Shown here: piece after piece, positions 48,182 through 58,220 of the stretch
How positions within the stretch are numbered: the stretch's first letter is position 1
Layout of the letters: each line of letters begins with the position of its first letter
DNA from: a bacterium
Lineage (GTDB): Bacteria; Patescibacteriota; Patescibacteriia; UBA1558; S5-K13
NCBI GenBank assembly: GCA_029555085.1
Contig: JAKPTO010000014.1
Location: 8,300 to 72,299, forward strand
Direction: 5' to 3'
DNA length: 64,000 bases
Made by a program: the position numbers and the translations under genes
The notes under the pieces: generated by a model
The model's input: the letters and a program-made list of their open reading frames with translations, nothing else
Database searches by the model: none
Told to the model about the DNA's origin: nothing

Positions 48182-48814
48182 TTAATTTTTAAATTGTATA
48201 AAATTCTTCTTCGTTAGTTTCTTTAATTTTGTTAGTTTCTTTAATTTTTTATTTATCTTATTGCGTCGATAATGTAGGAATACTACTAAACCAATGATCA
48301 CTATATTTATGAATAAAAACCATATACGTAATTTGGTCTTGGTAAATATTAACAATAGAGAAAATGCGAATATTAACGGATAGAAAATAAGGGTGAGATA
48401 TATAGTATTCACTAATTTTGCTGCATTGAGACTATATTCTTCTTTTTTTAATTTTTTTTCTTCTGGTGTAAGAATTTTTGTAGGCTTCATAATGTTTGCT
48501 TTATTTTTTTGATTTTTTGATTTGGGAAAAATAAAAATCGAAATCAAGGATAAAATTCCAAACCAAATAAGGGCATTTACGATGCCATTTAATAATAAAA
48601 AATCTCCGCCTGCTACAACGCCCGCAATGAATGCTAATATCACAATAATCCATTTTATTATATCGAATATTCTTTTTTTACTAGACTTTACTTTATCTTC
48701 GTCTGGGTGTTTATTATTTTTCTTTTTTTTAGAGATTTTAGTAATTTCTGTACCGCAATAAGAGCAAAATTTTGCCTCTTTTAATAATTCTTCTCCGCAC
48801 TTATGACAAAACAT
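48182..48814 (-). CDS. Zinc-ribbon membrane protein
   Basis: MFCHKCG..FCSYCG plus about four TM helices. Confidence 0.8.
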   Translation of the reverse strand: MFCHKCGEELLKEAKFCSYCGTEITKISKKKKNNKHPDEDKVKSSKKRIFDIIKWIIVILAFIAGVVAGGDFLLLNGIVNALIWFGILSLISIFIFPKSKNQKNKANIMKPTKILTPEEKKLKKEEYSLNAAKLVNTIYLTLIFYPLIFAFSLLLIFTKTKLRIWFLFINIVIIGLVVFLHYRRNKINKKLKKLTKLKKLTKKNFIQFKN

Positions 48815-48841
48815 ATATTTGAATAAAATTGTAAGATTGGT

Positions 48842-50620
48842 TTATTCTAAAATCGCTTTTATTCTTCTTACGCCACTTGAAGCGGATTCTTCTTTTATAA
48901 TTTTAAAATGTCCCAGTTCAGAAGTATTTTGTACATGTGGTCCACCACAAATTTCTTTGCTAAAATCTCCAATTGTATAAACATTTACTTGGTCTCCATA
49001 TTTATTCCCAAAAAGTCCTATTGCCCCACATTTTTTTGCCTCATCAAGTGGTTTCAATTCGCACAATACTGGAATTGATTCTTTTATTTTTTTATTTACT
49101 AAATCTTCAATTATTTGTAATTGCTCCGGTGTTAACTTGTCAGGATGCGAAAAATCAAAACGCATTCTTTCTGTTGTTAAATTTGAACCGCGTTGCTCTA
49201 CATGATTTCCTAATGTTTCTCGAAGTGCTTGATGTAGTAAATGAGTTGCTGTGTGATATTTGGTTACAATTTCACTGTGATCCGCAAGTCCACCTTTGAA
49301 CATTCCACAAGAAGCAGTTCTTGATAATTCTTTGTGTTTTCCAAATTCAGCATTGAATTCATCCATATCAAAAGTTAATCCCCTTTCGTTTATCAAATCA
49401 ATTGTCATTTCAACTGGAAATCCGTAAGTTGAATAAAGTTTAAAAGCATCAGAACCATTAACAGTATTTAATTTATTAAACTCTTTTAATCCATTTTCAA
49501 GTGTTTTGGAAAATTTTTTTTCTTCTTCAATTAATTGATTTATTATAAAATTTTTATTTCTCTTGAGTTCTCCATAAAACTCATCCATAAGTTCAATTAT
49601 GACTTCAGCAATTTTAAAAGTGAAAACATCTTTTATTCCAATTAATTTAGCATGACGAATCGCGTTTCTAATTAGTCGTCTTACGACATATCCTTGATTT
49701 AAATTTGATGGACAAATTCCCAAATCATCGCCCATTATAAATACAGCGCTTCTTATGTGGTCAGAAATTATTCTAATTGATTTTAATTGCTTAAGATCGG
49801 GATTTTCAATGTTTGACAATTTTTTAATTTCATTAACGATTGGAACAAATAAATCTGTGTCATAAACATTATCTAAGTTGTTTAATATACAAGTTGCGCG
49901 TTCTAGTCCAAACCCAGTATCAATTTGTGGTTTGTCTAACAACTTATAAGTTCCATCTAAATTTTTGTAATAAAACATGAAAACATCATTCCAAATTTCT
50001 ATATATTTTCCGCAATTACATCCTGGTTGGCAATTATCGCTACATTTTTCTAATCCAATATCGATAAACATTTCCGTATCAGGCCCACATGGTCCACTTG
50101 CGCCAACTGGTCCCCAGAAATTATCCTTTTTTCCAAGTGGAAAAATTCTTTGATTTTCTTGCGCCTCTATTCCAATTGATTTAAAACATTCTTGCCAAAT
50201 TTTTATTGATTCAGTATCTTTTTCAACATCTTTATCACCTTCAAAAACTGTTATGTATAATTTATTCGGATCTATTCCAAGCCATTTTTTGTTTGTTAAA
50301 AATTCAAAACTATATTCAATGGCTTCTTTTTTGCCATAAAATCCAAGTGGCCAATTTCCGAGCATTTCAAAAAATGTTAAGTGACTTGAGTCGCCAACTT
50401 CTCCAATGTCTCCAGTTCTTACGCATTTTTGACAATTTACAATTGCGCTATTTGCTGGGTGAGGTTCTCCCATAAGAAACGGAATTAAAGGTTGCATTCC
50501 GGCAGTATTAAATAAAGTAGTAGAGTCATTTTCTGGAATTAAAGAAGCGCTTGGTAGTTCCACATGTCCCCTTTCTTTAAAAAATTCTATATATTTTTTT
50601 CTAATTTCAGATGATAACAT
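48842..50620 (-). CDS. alaS: Alanine--tRNA ligase (short, lacks C-Ala domain)
   Basis: AGMQP, HLTFFEMLGNW, GPCGP, DTGFGLER, HTATH, CGGPH, GVRRI. Confidence 0.96.
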   Translation of the reverse strand: MLSSEIRKKYIEFFKERGHVELPSASLIPENDSTTLFNTAGMQPLIPFLMGEPHPANSAIVNCQKCVRTGDIGEVGDSSHLTFFEMLGNWPLGFYGKKEAIEYSFEFLTNKKWLGIDPNKLYITVFEGDKDVEKDTESIKIWQECFKSIGIEAQENQRIFPLGKKDNFWGPVGASGPCGPDTEMFIDIGLEKCSDNCQPGCNCGKYIEIWNDVFMFYYKNLDGTYKLLDKPQIDTGFGLERATCILNNLDNVYDTDLFVPIVNEIKKLSNIENPDLKQLKSIRIISDHIRSAVFIMGDDLGICPSNLNQGYVVRRLIRNAIRHAKLIGIKDVFTFKIAEVIIELMDEFYGELKRNKNFIINQLIEEEKKFSKTLENGLKEFNKLNTVNGSDAFKLYSTYGFPVEMTIDLINERGLTFDMDEFNAEFGKHKELSRTASCGMFKGGLADHSEIVTKYHTATHLLHQALRETLGNHVEQRGSNLTTERMRFDFSHPDKLTPEQLQIIEDLVNKKIKESIPVLCELKPLDEAKKCGAIGLFGNKYGDQVNVYTIGDFSKEICGGPHVQNTSELGHFKIIKEESASSGVRRIKAILE

Positions 50621-50886
50621 AAGTTTTATGCTATACCAATAATTCCCATAATTCTAATTAGTGATTCTAATTTTGTTTCGGTAATTAAATAAAATAATTT
50701 TGGATAAATTAAATCACTTTTTATTAATTATTTATATTATTTTTATAATTCGCATGTACATATAAGAATTGCACTATTAATATTTTATATTTTATAGAAT
50801 AAAAAGTAAAGAAAAATCCCTTAAAAAAGTAACGGAAAAAGAAGAACCCCCTTGAAGCTATTGCTATAAGAGGGTTGTGGTAAGGA

Positions 50887-51216
50887 TTATTTCAGTAGTA
50901 TTATTTTACGAGTGGGAGTGTATTTCCCACACGTAAGTTTGAACAGGTAGATTCCATTGGAAACCCTGTTTTTGTTTTTGTCAGTCCAATTCCATATTAT
51001 TTTGTGATTTCCAGGGCTCATTTTTCCATTTACAAGAGTTACAATGTGTTGACCTTTTATGTTGTAAACAGAAATATTAACAAATGCAGTTTCTTGTAAA
51101 GAAAAAGAGAGTTTTGTTTGGGAATTGGAATTGGAACTGGAAATAGTCAGAATGCCTTGACCATACGAAAAAGTAATGATCAAGACAAGTGTTGTAACTA
51201 TTACTAGCTTTTTCAT
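50887..51216 (-). CDS. Signal peptide + stand-alone FlgD-Ig/T9SS type A-like C-terminal domain
   Basis: VYNIKGQHIVTLVN..G.H..W.WTD..VSNGIYLFKL..KIILLK; aaggagg SD; TTGACA-17-AATAAT upstream. Confidence 0.8.
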   Translation of the reverse strand: MKKLVIVTTLVLIITFSYGQGILTISSSNSNSQTKLSFSLQETAFVNISVYNIKGQHIVTLVNGKMSPGNHKIIWNWTDKNKNRVSNGIYLFKLTCGKYTPTRKIILLK

Positions 51217-51285
51217 ATGATCCTCCTTTGCTATAATTAATTATTCCATTTAATTACACTTTTGTCAATAATTTAAATAAAAAAA

Positions 51286-51370
51286 GAGCTCCCTTTTGGC
51301 TTATGCCTCGAGGGAGCTTTGGAGGAATCGCTTAGTCCGCCCTTTAGGTGTGACTAGATTAGGCGGACTT
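51286..51370 (-). terminator. Two GC-rich hairpins, the second terminator-like
   Basis: agtccgcc...ggcggact (about 51334-51369) and agctccct...agggagct (about 51287-51318) with an adjacent A run (U tail on the minus strand). Confidence 0.55.
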
Positions 51371-51380
51371 CAGCAGGAAA

Positions 51381-53243
51381 TTATTTTACTAGCATCACTT
51401 TTTTGATGGCAGAGTATTTTCCACTCACCATTTTGAAAAAGTAAATGCCAGTGGCAACGGAATGACCATTTTGGTCTATTCCATTCCAGCTTATATTGTG
51501 TTCGCCGGAAGATTTGGTTTCGTTAATTAGGGTTTTAATCAACTGTCCCTTGATGTTGTAAACACCAATCTCCACATTGCCAGATTTTGGCAGGTTATAA
51601 GAGACTGATGTTTGAGTTTTGAAGGGGTTTGGATATGCGTTGCCTAGAGTTGGAGTGATGGCGGGAGTTATTGAGTCATCATTGTCAACATATTGAGCCA
51701 AGCTTCTCGCCTGAACATCAATATGACTCAGACCTTCTGGGATTTGGATTTGTATCCCTTCGCCGGAACGATTCATCTGAATTTTTTCAGGTTCAATGGA
51801 ATGCCTTCGATCACTTGACCAACAGAGGTTTTCTGCTCCGTTCATGAAAATTACAGTGTTCCAGTCTTCACCATTTGGTAATTTGCCAAAAACACCAATA
51901 CAATTTCCGCTGGTGTTAACTGTAATTGTATTTCCGGTTTGATTGAATGTCACTTCAGTGATGTTTGGCCAGGTTCCGTCATACGGTTGACCAATGCCAA
52001 GTCCTTGGACAATTGGTTCGTCTGGATGGTTCAAGTATACATTTCCCAGCCATTGATCGAACATGTTGGGGTAAAAGAAAAGTACTGATGATCGAGATAT
52101 ATTTGGAGCGGAATTATTGTTAAAATTCGTCCCATATAGATTTATATTACCAACATTATATTGTTGGCACATATCAAGATCATCTTGACTAAAAATACCA
52201 TCACCACTCACATCTAATTTTATGGCTTGGTATGGGTGATATACACGCTCATATTGAGCACATTTTGTTATCATTCCAAATAGAGGATTAAAATTCCCTG
52301 TTTCAATTGAGGTGTATTCACTTTGGATCTGGTCGGGATCCAGATAAGTGAGGTTAGTTTTAATCAGTGTTTCGTACAGAAAAACGTCATTTACTCCAAT
52401 TACATTAGGAGATGTCCATGACATTTGAAATGTACTGTATTCTGGATGCCACGCGTAAGCTAGACCAGGTAAATAATCAGTAACAAAAAAGTTACCATCT
52501 CCTGGATTGATTAGTCCGGGCGCGCCTCCAAAAATAGTTCTGGAATCCATAGTAACAATAGAGTTTGGAAGTGAATTCGGTAGCGAATTCACACTTAAAT
52601 AACTCCAGAAACTCTGTCCGGGATAAACCCAGAAGTGATCTTGGTAGTAATTTTGATGAATTTCTACTGGATTTACTAATGGAGCCATGGATAGTCTGTG
52701 CATTGGTTCCCACTTATTGATAATGTGAAATATATTATCCTGATACGGGCCAATCATATTCGCAAAGTGGGTTTCTCCAGAATTTTGTCCAGTTATCTGG
52801 AAATTTTCAGAACTACACAATCCAAGAGAGAATTTTGCCCCACCATTGGAATTGTCCCAAATATTACCCATCACCACAAATGTCTTACTGGTATTTGGTT
52901 GAATAATGGTTCCAATATTCTGAAATTTTAAATCCATTATTGAATTATTGCTAGGATTCCATTGTCCATCGTTGGTAACCATATAAAACTGAATGTTTGG
53001 TTCTGGAGCCGGGAGATTTAGATTCCAGCAAGAAAAATTCACGCATTGCAGAATAATCGGTTCTGTTTCACCGTTTTCTACGGTGAAGGTTATAAATACC
53101 TGATCCTCTGCATTGGTCAAAACAGTGATTGTGTCTTGAGGTGCGCCATTAACCATATTGGTTAAGTACACATTCACTGTCGAATTCAGGGAAACCACGA
53201 CCATCATCATAATGACAGCCAAAATAATTAGATTTTTTTTCAT
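51381..53243 (-). CDS. Secreted protein with dockerin/EF-hand-like motif and FlgD-Ig/T9SS type A-like CTD
   Basis: Signal peptide MKKNLIILAV after a GGAGG SD; DVSGDGIFSQDD; AYPNPF..YNIKGQLIKTL..WNG.D..GIYF..KKVMLVK. Confidence 0.82.
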   Translation of the reverse strand: MKKNLIILAVIMMMVVVSLNSTVNVYLTNMVNGAPQDTITVLTNAEDQVFITFTVENGETEPIILQCVNFSCWNLNLPAPEPNIQFYMVTNDGQWNPSNNSIMDLKFQNIGTIIQPNTSKTFVVMGNIWDNSNGGAKFSLGLCSSENFQITGQNSGETHFANMIGPYQDNIFHIINKWEPMHRLSMAPLVNPVEIHQNYYQDHFWVYPGQSFWSYLSVNSLPNSLPNSIVTMDSRTIFGGAPGLINPGDGNFFVTDYLPGLAYAWHPEYSTFQMSWTSPNVIGVNDVFLYETLIKTNLTYLDPDQIQSEYTSIETGNFNPLFGMITKCAQYERVYHPYQAIKLDVSGDGIFSQDDLDMCQQYNVGNINLYGTNFNNNSAPNISRSSVLFFYPNMFDQWLGNVYLNHPDEPIVQGLGIGQPYDGTWPNITEVTFNQTGNTITVNTSGNCIGVFGKLPNGEDWNTVIFMNGAENLCWSSDRRHSIEPEKIQMNRSGEGIQIQIPEGLSHIDVQARSLAQYVDNDDSITPAITPTLGNAYPNPFKTQTSVSYNLPKSGNVEIGVYNIKGQLIKTLINETKSSGEHNISWNGIDQNGHSVATGIYFFKMVSGKYSAIKKVMLVK

Positions 53244-53294
53244 TGTTACCTCCAGTAACATTTTTTGGTTTTATTTGTAAAAGAACAATAGCAA

Positions 53295-53322
53295 ATAATA
53301 GCACAATTTATAAAAAAGTCAA
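53295..53322 (-). promoter_or_regulatory. Sigma70-type promoter
   Basis: TTGACT-16 bp-TATTAT with an extended -10 TG on the minus strand. Confidence 0.45.
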
Positions 53323-53355
53323 TACCACGATTAGGTTTATTTTAAGCCAAAATAC

Positions 53356-54273
53356 TTATTTATTTCTTCTAAAAATAATCAAAAAAATAATTATAGAAAG
53401 TATCATAATTCCCATTAGCACGCCAAAAATCCAAGGTTTATCAGCATATGGAAGATGAACATTCATTCCATAAAAACTTGAAATCATAGTTGGAAGAGTT
53501 AAAACAACGGTTATTGTGGTTAGAATTTTCATTGTTTTGTTTAATTTATTCGTAGTAATAACTTCGTATGATTTTCTAATATTAACTAAGTTTGATAGAC
53601 CACTTTTTGCTCGCTCTATTAATTGTTCGTTTAAAAGTTTTATATCATCAATCAATTCTTTGTCATCTTCATAAAGTTCAATTATTTTTCCCTGTCTCAT
53701 TGTCTCTAAAATATGACGAAATGGAATTAATGCATTTAAGAATTCATTTAACAAAATTTCAAAGTTTAAAAAACTATAAACATCTTTATCTTTTAATTTT
53801 TCAATATTAAAACTAAAATAATTTATTTTTTTATGAATTGTTGTTAAGAGATTATTATACAAATATTCAGTTTGATTAATTATTTCTAAAAGTAATTTTG
53901 TTCTTTGCGTTGTGAAACATTCGTTTTTCTTTAGTAAATTTTTTATAAAAAGTGGTTCTTCTTGAGAAACAGAAAGTAAAAAATCCTGACCCATAACTAA
54001 AAGTATTGGATTTGTAAATATTTGATCTGTTGATTTTTTTTGTTTTGGAAATCTTGCAAAAATATAAATTAACCCCTTTTTTATTTCCATACGAGGAGCT
54101 TCATATGGATCCAAAGCATCATTTAAAAGTCCATAATCTAAAGAAAATTTTGATGATAAGAGTTTTAATTCCTCTTCTTGCAAATCAAATGCTATAATCG
54201 CACTACCAACTCTAAAATCTTTCAATTTTCTAAGTTTCGAACTTTTTAACATTTTTTGGTAGTAATTTATCAT
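53356..54273 (-). CDS. corA: CorA-family Mg2+ transporter
   Basis: DALDPYEAPR, MKILT, YGMNV, two C-terminal TM helices. Confidence 0.92.
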   Translation of the reverse strand: MINYYQKMLKSSKLRKLKDFRVGSAIIAFDLQEEELKLLSSKFSLDYGLLNDALDPYEAPRMEIKKGLIYIFARFPKQKKSTDQIFTNPILLVMGQDFLLSVSQEEPLFIKNLLKKNECFTTQRTKLLLEIINQTEYLYNNLLTTIHKKINYFSFNIEKLKDKDVYSFLNFEILLNEFLNALIPFRHILETMRQGKIIELYEDDKELIDDIKLLNEQLIERAKSGLSNLVNIRKSYEVITTNKLNKTMKILTTITVVLTLPTMISSFYGMNVHLPYADKPWIFGVLMGIMILSIIIFLIIFRRNK

Positions 54274-54283
54274 AGTTTTAATT

Positions 54284-55348
54284 TTAAATTATAATGCCTC
54301 CGCCAAGACATTCATCTTTTTTATAGAACACCGCAGATTGTCCAGATGTAATGGCGCGTTGTTTTTCTTTAAAAATAGCTCTTATATTATTTTTGTGTTT
54401 TATAAGTTCACATTGTTGATCAATTTGCCTGTATCTAGTTTTAATATTACATTTTAATGGTAATTTTGCTTCCTTATGTGTCCATGATAAATCTGTAACT
54501 TCACATGATTCATAAAACAATTCTTCACTCCAAGAACCACGAGCTACAATTAACTGATTTTTTTCAATATTTTTACTTACAACAAAATATGGTATTCCTC
54601 CACCAACGCCAATTCCTTTTCGTTGACCTATTGTATAATAGTAAACACCATCGTGTGTTCCTATTTTTTTCCCATCCGTTGTAATTATATCACCTTTCTT
54701 GGGTTTGATTTGAGTTTTTAAAAATTCAGAGATATTTACTTCCCCAATAAAACAAATTCCTTGTGAATCTGGCTTTTCCGCTGTTGGCAATTTAGCGCGT
54801 TTAGCAATTTGTCTTATTTCTGATTTATTATATTCACCGATCGGGAAAATAATTTTTGATAATTGTTTTTGATTTAAAGTATATAGAAAATAACTTTGAT
54901 CTTTGTTTGAATCTTTTCCTTTTAACAAATGATAAATATTTTTTTCATCTTTTTTTATTCTTGCATAATGTCCAGTTGATATAAAATCAGCACCAATACG
55001 AGTAACTTTATCTAAAAATAATTTGAATTTTATTTCTTTATTGCACATTATATCTGGATTTGGTGTAATTCCTTTTTTATATCCATCAAATAAATAATCA
55101 ACAACTTTTTCTTTGTATTCTTTTTCAAAGTTGAGTGTGTAAATAGGAATTTTTAAATGATCCGCTGTTCTAAGTGCATATTCATGATCTTCTTTCCATG
55201 GGCATTTGAATTTTCCAATGTCTGTTGACCAATTTTTCATATAATAAGCAACTACATTATATCCTTGCTCTTTTAATAAAAAAGCAGCGACAGATGAATC
55301 AACTCCGCCGCTTAAGCCAATAGCGACATTTATTTTTTTGCTTAACAT
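54284..55348 (-). CDS. mnmA: tRNA-specific 2-thiouridylase
   Basis: SGGVDS, TPNPDIMCN, KDQSYFL, DSQGICF, GQSAVFY. Confidence 0.97.
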   Translation of the reverse strand: MLSKKINVAIGLSGGVDSSVAAFLLKEQGYNVVAYYMKNWSTDIGKFKCPWKEDHEYALRTADHLKIPIYTLNFEKEYKEKVVDYLFDGYKKGITPNPDIMCNKEIKFKLFLDKVTRIGADFISTGHYARIKKDEKNIYHLLKGKDSNKDQSYFLYTLNQKQLSKIIFPIGEYNKSEIRQIAKRAKLPTAEKPDSQGICFIGEVNISEFLKTQIKPKKGDIITTDGKKIGTHDGVYYYTIGQRKGIGVGGGIPYFVVSKNIEKNQLIVARGSWSEELFYESCEVTDLSWTHKEAKLPLKCNIKTRYRQIDQQCELIKHKNNIRAIFKEKQRAITSGQSAVFYKKDECLGGGIII

Positions 55349-55351
55349 TAA

Positions 55352-56854
55352 TTATTCAATTTTAAAAATTTCTAATCCATTTTTGATTGCATTTAACGCA
55401 AGATTCATTCTTTCGTTACTCTGAGCATATAGTGTAAACAACCTCTCACCTTTTTTGACTCTATTTCCAAATTCTTTATTTAAATAAATTCCAGCTAGTT
55501 TGTCATTTGGTGCTCCAAGTGTACGACAAACATCATTTATTGCTTTTTGGTTAACGAGAAATATTTTTCCATTTCTTTTTGCAGTAATATAATTTTTTAC
55601 AGCGCCAATTGTAATATCCTCTGAATCAATATTTGCTTTTCCGCCTTGTGCTTTTATAATTTCTTGCATTTTTTTCCAAGCCTCGCCACTTTGTAATTGT
55701 TTCCATGCTAAACCTTCCCCCTGTCCTTTTTTAGCTTTTTTACAAAGCTCCAACACATGAGCAGACATTCTAATTCCTTCACTTTCTAAATCTCCCGGTC
55801 TATTTTCTTTTTGTTGTAGTACTCGAAGTACATCACGAGCCTCAAGAGCAGGACCGATTCCTTTTCCTATTGGATCTCTAACTGGTAATATCACAACATC
55901 AATTTTTACCTTAAATTTTTTTGCCAAATATTCAAATTTTTCTTTTATAATTTTTGCATCAGCCAATGTTGGAATTTTTGTTGTTTCGCCAACCGGTAAA
56001 TCAATTACAATATGTGTTGCAGATACTGCAATTTTTTTAGCCATGATTGATATAATGGCTTTATCATAACTTTCTAAAGACATTGGGTAATTAATTTTTA
56101 TAATTCTGTCATCCGCTGGCGCTAAATCAAGTCCACCACCCCACACAAGACACGCATTTGTTTTTTCTACTATTTGTTTTAATTTTTTCACATCATGATC
56201 TACGGGACACAATACCTCCATAGTATCAGCAGTTCCAGCAACTGAAGTAATTGCACGAGAAGATGTTTTTGGTATTGTTATACCAAGAGACGCAACAATA
56301 GGAACAACTATCATTGCAGCTTCGTTTCCAGCTACTCCACCGAAACTATGTTTATCAACTATAACTGTTCTTCGTAAATCTAAAACACTACCATTTTTTA
56401 CCATTGCTTTTGTCATAAAATATAATTCATCATTAGAAAATGGTTTCATGTATGTTGAAGCAACAAAATATGCAATTTGGGTATTTGATAATCTATTTTC
56501 AACAATGTCTTTTATTATTGAATTACAGTCTTCTTCTGAAAGAGGTTTGCCAAATATTTTTTTCTTAATAGCGTTGACAGATTGAGCGCGTTCAATAAAA
56601 TTTAATTCAACTATTTCGCCCTCTTGTAGTGATGGATACTTATCCCAAAAATTACTGTATAAACCAAGGGTTCCTCTTTCAATTTTTTTTTGTGATGTGT
56701 TGGCTTCTACAATTGCTTTTTTACCGCGCCAAGCAATTTGAAGTTTATCCCCTGCACGAATACCAAAGTGATAAGCTTCTTCTTCATGAAGCATTGCTAT
56801 GGGTTCGGATCCTGTTTTAATATCTAGTTTTTTTGATTTTAAAAAGAAAGACAT
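55352..56854 (-). CDS. AMP phosphorylase (thymidine phosphorylase family, archaeal-type with N-terminal extension)
   Basis: DKHSFGGVAGN, PKTSSRAITS.AGTADTME, LAPADD, GIGPALEA; adjacent to RuBisCO. Confidence 0.93.
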   Translation of the reverse strand: MSFFLKSKKLDIKTGSEPIAMLHEEEAYHFGIRAGDKLQIAWRGKKAIVEANTSQKKIERGTLGLYSNFWDKYPSLQEGEIVELNFIERAQSVNAIKKKIFGKPLSEEDCNSIIKDIVENRLSNTQIAYFVASTYMKPFSNDELYFMTKAMVKNGSVLDLRRTVIVDKHSFGGVAGNEAAMIVVPIVASLGITIPKTSSRAITSVAGTADTMEVLCPVDHDVKKLKQIVEKTNACLVWGGGLDLAPADDRIIKINYPMSLESYDKAIISIMAKKIAVSATHIVIDLPVGETTKIPTLADAKIIKEKFEYLAKKFKVKIDVVILPVRDPIGKGIGPALEARDVLRVLQQKENRPGDLESEGIRMSAHVLELCKKAKKGQGEGLAWKQLQSGEAWKKMQEIIKAQGGKANIDSEDITIGAVKNYITAKRNGKIFLVNQKAINDVCRTLGAPNDKLAGIYLNKEFGNRVKKGERLFTLYAQSNERMNLALNAIKNGLEIFKIE

Positions 56855-56950
56855 AGTGTTGAATAATTAAGTATAAAATATTAATTTTGAAAATAATTTT
56901 TTAAGTTTAAGGTTTGTTTTTTATTTTTATAAATTTATTTTCTTCGAATT

Positions 56951-58213
56951 TTATTTACCGTTTTTCCAATATTCAATCGATTCATAATATTCTTTAAATT
57001 TTTCTTTATCTAATTTAATTTTTTTATTTAGAGCAAGTTCAATTGATTGATAACATGCACGAGCTCCAGAAATTGAACCATTTGGGTGACCATGAATTCC
57101 GCCACCATAATTTATTATTAAATCACAACCTAAAATATCAATCAATTTTTTTGTAAGTCCCGGATGTAACCCCCCCGATGCAATAGGTAATACTGGCTTT
57201 ATTTTACCCCAATTTTCTCTAAGCACTCTATTAATACCAAAATCTTCTTTTATTGATTCATTAATTTTTATTACCTCTTCTCTAGATCCGTCCATTTTTC
57301 CGACAACTGTTCCTGTGTGTAATTGATCAATTCCGGAGAGTCTTGCTAATTTCGCAATAACTAACATACTTAATCCATGACGCGGATTTCTAGTAAACAT
57401 TGAATGTCCAGCACGATGTCCATGAATAATAAGTCCTAAGTTGGCGCGTCTCAAAACTTGAACATTATCAAGTCCAACTGAAACTAAATCAACCATTACG
57501 CATTTACCACCCATTTTTTTAACAAACTTTGCGCGACTTAACATTTTATCCATTGGAGAAGTTATATTAAAAACATGAATTTTTTTGTGCCCGGTTTTTA
57601 ATTCTGCTTTTTTCTTTAATTTCATCACCTCAACAACCCTGTCTTTGAATTTATTAAAAGGTAAATCTGTTAAATTTTCATCATCTTTTACAACATCAAC
57701 CCCATTGACCCACACATCATATGCTAATTTTGCATGCTGTCGAACATTTAATCCGACTTTTGGTTTAATAATAGAACCAATAAGTGGTCTATTTTTTATA
57801 TTCATTAATTTCCTTACGCCATTAATTCCATAATATGGTCCTTGAAATGAATTTATGTATTTTGTTGATAAACTTAAATCTTCAAGACGTAAATTATCAA
57901 TAGTTTTCATTGAAAATATGTTTCCAGCAAGAGCTGATAAAAGTTGCGGGATACTTCCTAATTCAAATAATTCAATTGGATAAGCAATTTTTACAATTTT
58001 CTTTTTCTTATCTATAAAAAATATTTGAGAAGCTAACTTGTTAAAAGTTTTTTGCGTGAGTGTTGATAATTTAGTCCATGTTCCGATTGATGATTCAGCC
58101 GCAACTTCAATCGCAGCTTTTTCCAGACCTAATTTAGATTCAATTCTATAAGTTGCGATAATATCATCTTTGTCTGGTTTATAGTTTAGATTGATATAAG
58201 ATTTTTTGTTCAT
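56951..58213 (-). CDS. rbcL: Form III-type ribulose-1,5-bisphosphate carboxylase
   Basis: AAESSIGTW, GN, IKPKVG, KDDE, HGHRAGH, LHTGTVVGKM, SGG, GGGIHGHP all present. Confidence 0.95.
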   Translation of the reverse strand: MNKKSYINLNYKPDKDDIIATYRIESKLGLEKAAIEVAAESSIGTWTKLSTLTQKTFNKLASQIFFIDKKKKIVKIAYPIELFELGSIPQLLSALAGNIFSMKTIDNLRLEDLSLSTKYINSFQGPYYGINGVRKLMNIKNRPLIGSIIKPKVGLNVRQHAKLAYDVWVNGVDVVKDDENLTDLPFNKFKDRVVEVMKLKKKAELKTGHKKIHVFNITSPMDKMLSRAKFVKKMGGKCVMVDLVSVGLDNVQVLRRANLGLIIHGHRAGHSMFTRNPRHGLSMLVIAKLARLSGIDQLHTGTVVGKMDGSREEVIKINESIKEDFGINRVLRENWGKIKPVLPIASGGLHPGLTKKLIDILGCDLIINYGGGIHGHPNGSISGARACYQSIELALNKKIKLDKEKFKEYYESIEYWKNGK

Positions 58214-58220
58214 ATTTTTA

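Noticed and set aside
48842-50620. AlaRS as a truncated pseudogene
   Set aside because: Aminoacylation and editing motifs are intact, and C-Ala-less AlaRS is known in reduced genomes.
56951-58213. RuBisCO-like protein (form IV) or Calvin-cycle autotrophy
   Set aside because: Catalytic motifs are intact, the context is the AMP pathway, and no PRK or rbcS is in the window.
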